From an uncultured Verrucomicrobiae bacterium (lineage in GTDB: Bacteria > Verrucomicrobiota > Verrucomicrobiia > Limisphaerales > JAFGQR01), in the NCBI GenBank assembly GCA_963788655.1, contig CAWBHS010000102.1:32001-96000 (forward strand): a stretch of 64,000 nucleotides of DNA, read 5' to 3'. The position numbers and the translations under genes are program-made. The notes under the pieces were generated by a model. That model made no database searches and had not been told where the DNA came from. It was given only the letters and a program-made list of their open reading frames with translations. The stretch's first letter is position 1. The number at the start of each line of letters is the position of its first letter. Below, in pieces: positions 59,525 through 64,000 of the stretch.

Positions 59525-60868
59525 TTATGCAGTAGGCAGTTTCCATGGAGCCCGATAGTCGTAAGCCAATTGTTTCCCGGTGACTTTTTCGCCGGCCACC
59601 GCTTGTTTGACCGGGTCCCACTTGATCTTCTTGCCCGTCGTCACGGCGACGTTGCCCAAGTGACAAACCGAGGCGGAACGATAGCCGACAGCGACGTCGC
59701 AAATCGGCAGCTTGCGGGTCTTAATGCAGTCCAGCCAATTGGCGTGGTGGGCACTGCCGTGTATGTGACGATACTTTTCGAAGTCCGGATACAGCCGGAT
59801 ATCGGTGGCTTTGAGTGGTTCCTCCTCGATCTCTTCCGGGTCGAACTTGAGCACGCCCCGGTTGACGTAGATGGTGCCCTTTTCACCTTCAAACCGGGTG
59901 CCGATTTTGTACATCCCATGGCCGCTGTCACATTCCATGATCGTGCCGTTGGCGTATTTGTAGGTCACATGGAATTTCGTCGGTGTTTCGTACAGCTTCT
60001 CCTGGTTGAACTCGCCGGTGCCTTCGATTTCCACCGGGCCGCTGTCGTCCATCCCCAGTCCCCATTGCGCGATGTCAAGATGGTGCGCGCCCCAGTTGGT
60101 CATCTGGCCGCCGGAGTAATCCCAGAAGAATCGGAAAAGGTAGTGAACATGGTTCTTGTTGTACGGCCGCCACGGAGCCGGACCCAGCCAGAAGTTGTAA
60201 TCCAATTCAGGCGGAGGCGCGCTATCCGGCACCACTGGCGGCTTGGCGCGGTCCAGGTAGTTGACGCCCGGCAGGCCGACCAGAATACGCTTGATTTTGC
60301 CAATGCGGCCATTGCGAACATATTCGCAGCCTTTGAGGAACTTTGCATCCGACCGCTGCTGGCTGCCGGTTTGGAAGACGCGCTTGTTCTGGCGGGCAAT
60401 GGCAACCAACGCTTTGCCTTCCTCGATGGTCAGGGTGAGCGGTTTCTCGCAATACACGTCTTTGCCGGCCATCATGGCATGGGCCGCCGGCAGCGTGTGC
60501 CAATGGTCGGGGGTGGCGATAAGCACGGCGTCGATGCCTGGGTGTTCGAGCAGTTTCCGATAATCACCAAAGGCGGCCACCTTGGTGCCGTTGGCCTTTT
60601 CGACGCGCGCCTTGGTCGAAGCAAGATGCTTTTGGTCCACGTCGCACACGGCGACGCAATGCTTCATGATCGCATTAATGTTGCCGTTACCCTGCCCGCC
60701 CGTGCCGATCACTCCAATGCGGATCAGGTCACTGGGGTTTTCGCCAGTGGCGGCTTTGGTTTGGTTCAGGAACAGGCTGGGAAAGGCGAGCCCCATGCCA
60801 GCGCCCACGGCCGTGTTGCGGGTGGTGCGAAGAAATTCGCGACGAGTCATCTGGTGCTTTTTTGACAT
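59525..60868 (-). CDS. Tat-exported Gfo/Idh/MocA family oxidoreductase
   Basis: 'MTRREFL', 'IGTGGQG', 'ATPDHWH', 'CEKPL', 'GSQQRS', 'WGAHHLD'. Confidence 0.93.
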   Translation of the reverse strand: MSKKHQMTRREFLRTTRNTAVGAGMGLAFPSLFLNQTKAATGENPSDLIRIGVIGTGGQGNGNINAIMKHCVAVCDVDQKHLASTKARVEKANGTKVAAFGDYRKLLEHPGIDAVLIATPDHWHTLPAAHAMMAGKDVYCEKPLTLTIEEGKALVAIARQNKRVFQTGSQQRSDAKFLKGCEYVRNGRIGKIKRILVGLPGVNYLDRAKPPVVPDSAPPPELDYNFWLGPAPWRPYNKNHVHYLFRFFWDYSGGQMTNWGAHHLDIAQWGLGMDDSGPVEIEGTGEFNQEKLYETPTKFHVTYKYANGTIMECDSGHGMYKIGTRFEGEKGTIYVNRGVLKFDPEEIEEEPLKATDIRLYPDFEKYRHIHGSAHHANWLDCIKTRKLPICDVAVGYRSASVCHLGNVAVTTGKKIKWDPVKQAVAGEKVTGKQLAYDYRAPWKLPTA

Positions 60869-60924
60869 AATCTTTTTATCAATACTATTTGCAAAGTTGT
60901 CAACGGTAAGACGCGGAAACCGGG

Positions 60925-61989
60925 CTAAACCTTCAAATCCTTTACGACGCGCTCAACGACCGCCAGCGCCCGAACGATGTCATCGGCCGACACCTCCAGG
61001 TTGGTGACCGCCCGAATGGCCGACGGTCCGGTGCTCAACACCCACACGCCCTCGGCCTTCAGGCGGGCCACCAATTCAGCGGCATTCCCATTGTTCACGT
61101 GGAAGATAACGATGTTTGTTTGCACCGTCGCCGGATCCATCTCGATCCCGTTGAGCCGGCTGAGTCCTTCGGCCAGCACGCGCGCGTTGGCGTGGTCTTC
61201 GGCCAGGCGTTGCCGATGCTTCTCCAAAGCAAACAAAGCGCCGGCAGCAATGATGCCCACCTGCCGCATGCCGCCGCCAAACTGTTTGCGAAAACGCCGC
61301 GCCCGTTCGATGAACTCGCGGCTGCCCGCCAGGGCCGAGCCAATGGGCGCGCCCAGTCCTTTCGAGAAACACACGTTCACGGAATCAAAGTGCATGGCGT
61401 AGTCGCGCTCCGGGATGCCGGTGGCTACGGAAGCATTCCACAACCGGGCGCCATCCAAGTGCAAGCGCAGGCCACGCTCGCGGGCGGCGCGGGCTACTTC
61501 GGCAATTTGATCGAGAGGCCAGATACTGCCGCCACCGCGATTGTGCGTGTTCTCCACGCAGACCAAACGAGTCGGCGCAAAGTGGATGTTCGCCGGTCGC
61601 AGCGCCGCTTCCAAATCGGTGGCCGCAAAAAGTCCGCGTTGACCGGTCAGACAACGGCACATCACCCCTGACAACGCCGCTGGGGCACCCGCTTCGTAAA
61701 AGTAGAGGTGCGCGTTGGCTTCGAGAATGATCTCGTCGCCCGGTTCGGTGTGGGCGCGAATGGCAAGTTGGTTACCCATCGTGCCGGACGGGACAAACAC
61801 CGCCGCTTCCTTGCCGAGAATTTCGGCGGTGCGCCGCTCCAATTGCTGCACGGTCGGGTCATCGCCAAACACATCGTCGCCCACTTCCGCGTTGGCCATG
61901 GCTTGGCGCATGGCCGGCGTCGGTCGGGTAATGGTGTCACTGCGCAAGTCGATCATTCGATCTGCCGCCAGATTACTGTTGTTGGTCAT
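60925..61989 (-). CDS. ltaE: Low-specificity L-threonine aldolase
   Basis: 'DLRSDT', 'GDDVFGDDP', 'SGTMGNQ', 'ENTHN', 'HLDGAR', 'FSKGLGAP'. Confidence 0.93.
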   Translation of the reverse strand: MTNNSNLAADRMIDLRSDTITRPTPAMRQAMANAEVGDDVFGDDPTVQQLERRTAEILGKEAAVFVPSGTMGNQLAIRAHTEPGDEIILEANAHLYFYEAGAPAALSGVMCRCLTGQRGLFAATDLEAALRPANIHFAPTRLVCVENTHNRGGGSIWPLDQIAEVARAARERGLRLHLDGARLWNASVATGIPERDYAMHFDSVNVCFSKGLGAPIGSALAGSREFIERARRFRKQFGGGMRQVGIIAAGALFALEKHRQRLAEDHANARVLAEGLSRLNGIEMDPATVQTNIVIFHVNNGNAAELVARLKAEGVWVLSTGPSAIRAVTNLEVSADDIVRALAVVERVVKDLKV

Positions 61990-62155
61990 TGTGAAGACTG
62001 AGTGAAGCGGAAATGGAGAACGGAGGCCATGATTTCTTGCGGTGAATCAGGCTTGGCGTTGCAACCAGTCTATCACCGATGACGCGGATTGGATCATTCT
62101 GGACGGCCAGGACAACTGTTCCACGAGGGCGCGAACAATCCGTGGCCTTCGAACA

Positions 62156-62303
62156 TCGCGCCAGCGTTTGGAGTGCGTCCGGCTTGCCGGCGCTTTCGCA
62201 AAGAGAAGAACCTTCTATTTTTCAAAGGTGGGGCAATGGTCTTGGCCATCCGACGTTAAACGAAAGCGGGAGCAAGCTCCGCGCACTCCAAACGCTGGCG
62301 CGA
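62156..62303. repeat. Family C element, copy 3
   Basis: TCGCGCCAGCGTTTGGAGTGCG ... CGCACTCCAAACGCTGGCGCGA, a perfect 22-bp terminal inverted repeat. Confidence 0.85.
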
Positions 62304-62406
62304 CGCACGGCCCTCCAATCAGCAGTTTGCAAGCCCCTTTCTTCATGCAATCTATTGGATTGAACGTTGCGACAAAACCGGCTGGAGAAAGCCAGCGGAA
62401 CGACGC

Positions 62407-62725
62407 CCCGAGGGCACCCGGTCCCGCGACGGCAAGCTCTACCGCGGTCGAACGGGCGTGGCCCACCTGGCCCTGACCGCCGGCGTCCCGGTGGTCCCGG
62501 TCGGGCTGATCGGCACCCAGCACCTCCAGCCCGTCGGGTCCCGGCTGCCACGCCTGGTGCGGGTCACCGTGTCGTTCGGGCGGCCGCTGGACTTCAGCGG
62601 CCGCTACCACGGCGCGCCAATGGGACGGGCCCGCCGGGAGGTGACCGACGAGATCATGACGGCCATCCAGCAGCTGACCGGCCAGCAGCTGGCCGGCGTC
62701 TACAACGACCGGCCCTCGAGATCTG
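62407..62725 (+). CDS. 3' fragment of a lysophospholipid acyltransferase (PlsC-like), actinobacterial style
   Basis: Begins abruptly at 'PEGTRSRDGKLYRGRTGVAHLAL...VPVVPVG'; no N-terminal half; very high GC. Confidence 0.75.
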
Positions 62726-62735
62726 ACCGGCGGCC

Positions 62736-64000
62736 TCAGCCCTGGGCCGACACCTGGCCGATCATGTTGATGAACAGGCCGAGCATCGCGACGGGGCCGT
62801 TGACCCGTGCCGACTTGCCGCCCATGGCGTCGGAGACGCGCCGGAGCCCGCGGACGTCGGCCCGCGCTCCGAAACCCACACCCATCACGCGGATGGGCTT
62901 GCTTGGGTCGGACTCCGCCTCGAGCCGGGTGATCAGGCTCGGCAGCGACATGCCGGAGGTGGTGTCGCGGTCCTTGTTGGTGAACACGACCAGCGACTGC
63001 GCCGCCGCCGGGTCGAAGTCCTCCTGCAGGGCCCGATAGCCGGCCAGGACGGACTTGTAAGGGTATCCGTGAGCCCCGATGCGGCCTGATGGGCGCGACG
63101 GCCGCGGTGATCTTGGACCGGCCCCTGGCCAGCGAGGTGATCGGCACCAGCTGCCGGTGACCCGCGGCGCCTCCGACACCGGTGCCATAGAGCCACACCC
63201 CGACCGAGGTGTGGTCATAGAGCGTCGACATCGCGATCAGGGCGGTTGTGCGGACCTGGTCGAAGAGCGGCCTGCCGTTCCTCTGCTTCGCTCGCATGGC
63301 GTCGCTGACGTCCAGGAGCACGAGGAGGCGTCCCGGCGTGGACCCCGAGGCGCTGAGCCCGAACAGCTTGATCGTGTTGACGGGTCCGGGCAGGTCGATG
63401 CGCTGCCGTGCCGACCCGAGCAGCGTGGTGTCGAACTCGGCCGTCCCATCGGGGTCGCGGAGGTGGGCGGCGGCGCGCAGGCTGGCGACCTGTGCCGACG
63501 CGAGCCGCCTGATAGGTCGCCGACCACGGGCCGCACGGCGGAGTCGCGCGAAGTGTTGTAGGCGGGGAAGTCCAGATAGGGCTCTCCCTGCTTGCCGCGC
63601 AGGACGCGGACCTGGTTGGAGGGCTCGGCGACGTACTCACCGGTGAAGACCACCATCCGCTGGGGCGGGCTGTTCACCACGTTGTCGCCGATGATCGCCG
63701 GATCCGAGAGTGACTTCGCCGTCAGGGCGAGTGCCTCGAACCGCACCGGGCTGACCAGGCGCTGGGCCTGCAGGAGCGGCCACGCCGCCAGCAGACCGGT
63801 GGCCGTGGTGGACGGGTCGTGGAAGCCGATCCGGACGGCTCGGTCGGGAGAGAGCAGGGTCGGCCAGCTCAGGGAGTCGCCGTGGCCCAGCAGCAGCGCC
63901 GTGGTCTGCGTGGCCAGACCCACGATCGGGCTGGAGGCGATGCTCGTCGCCGCGCCGGGGTCGGTCGGGCGGGCAGCCGACCACAGGCTGCTGTCGGTGA
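62736..64000 (-). CDS. Partial substrate-binding/vWA domain protein, frameshifted
   Basis: 'LLLDVSDAM', 'VGVWLY', 'SLVVFT', 'PIRVMGVGFG..AD...L..VSDAMGG' across several frames. Confidence 0.6.

Noticed and set aside
1..64000. tRNA, rRNA, integron attC or prophage genes
   Set aside because: No cloverleaf, rRNA signature, attC array, integrase or phage structural motif was recognised by eye.

Overview
About 62.4 kb of chromosome from a GC-rich bacterium, probably Verrucomicrobiota subdivision 3. That assignment is an inference from the Tat-exported Gfo/Idh/MocA oxidoreductases, the C-terminal 'SSTNLxxW...FYR' sorting-type motif and the repeat families. At about 62,406 it is joined to 1.6 kb of apparently actinobacterial DNA. 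Housekeeping and metabolic genes include smc, thiH-thiS, pgl-pgm, ppdK, ltaE, nagB-like, ygfZ/gcvT-like, hpnA, alkA-like, two two-component pairs and a Phd-VapC toxin-antitoxin pair. Several regions carry single-base frameshifts that look like long-read consensus errors. Main points of interest: (1) a 201-bp structured insertion with no terminal inverted repeats or target duplication splits a secreted-protein gene, and a second copy supplies the 5' region and ATG of a ~2,550-aa PPC-repeat surface protein; (2) two inverted ~272-bp MITEs with TNA target duplications bracket an argZ/agrE-like gene; (3) a 5'-truncated RAYT transposase with its GTAG REPs, plus many other palindromic repeat families; (4) a Gfo-SDR-SIS-MetE-like-MBL operon of unknown function; (5) tandem NrdR-like boxes upstream of smc. 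No rRNA, tRNA or CRISPR array was seen. All calls are from motif reading by eye; no searches were run.
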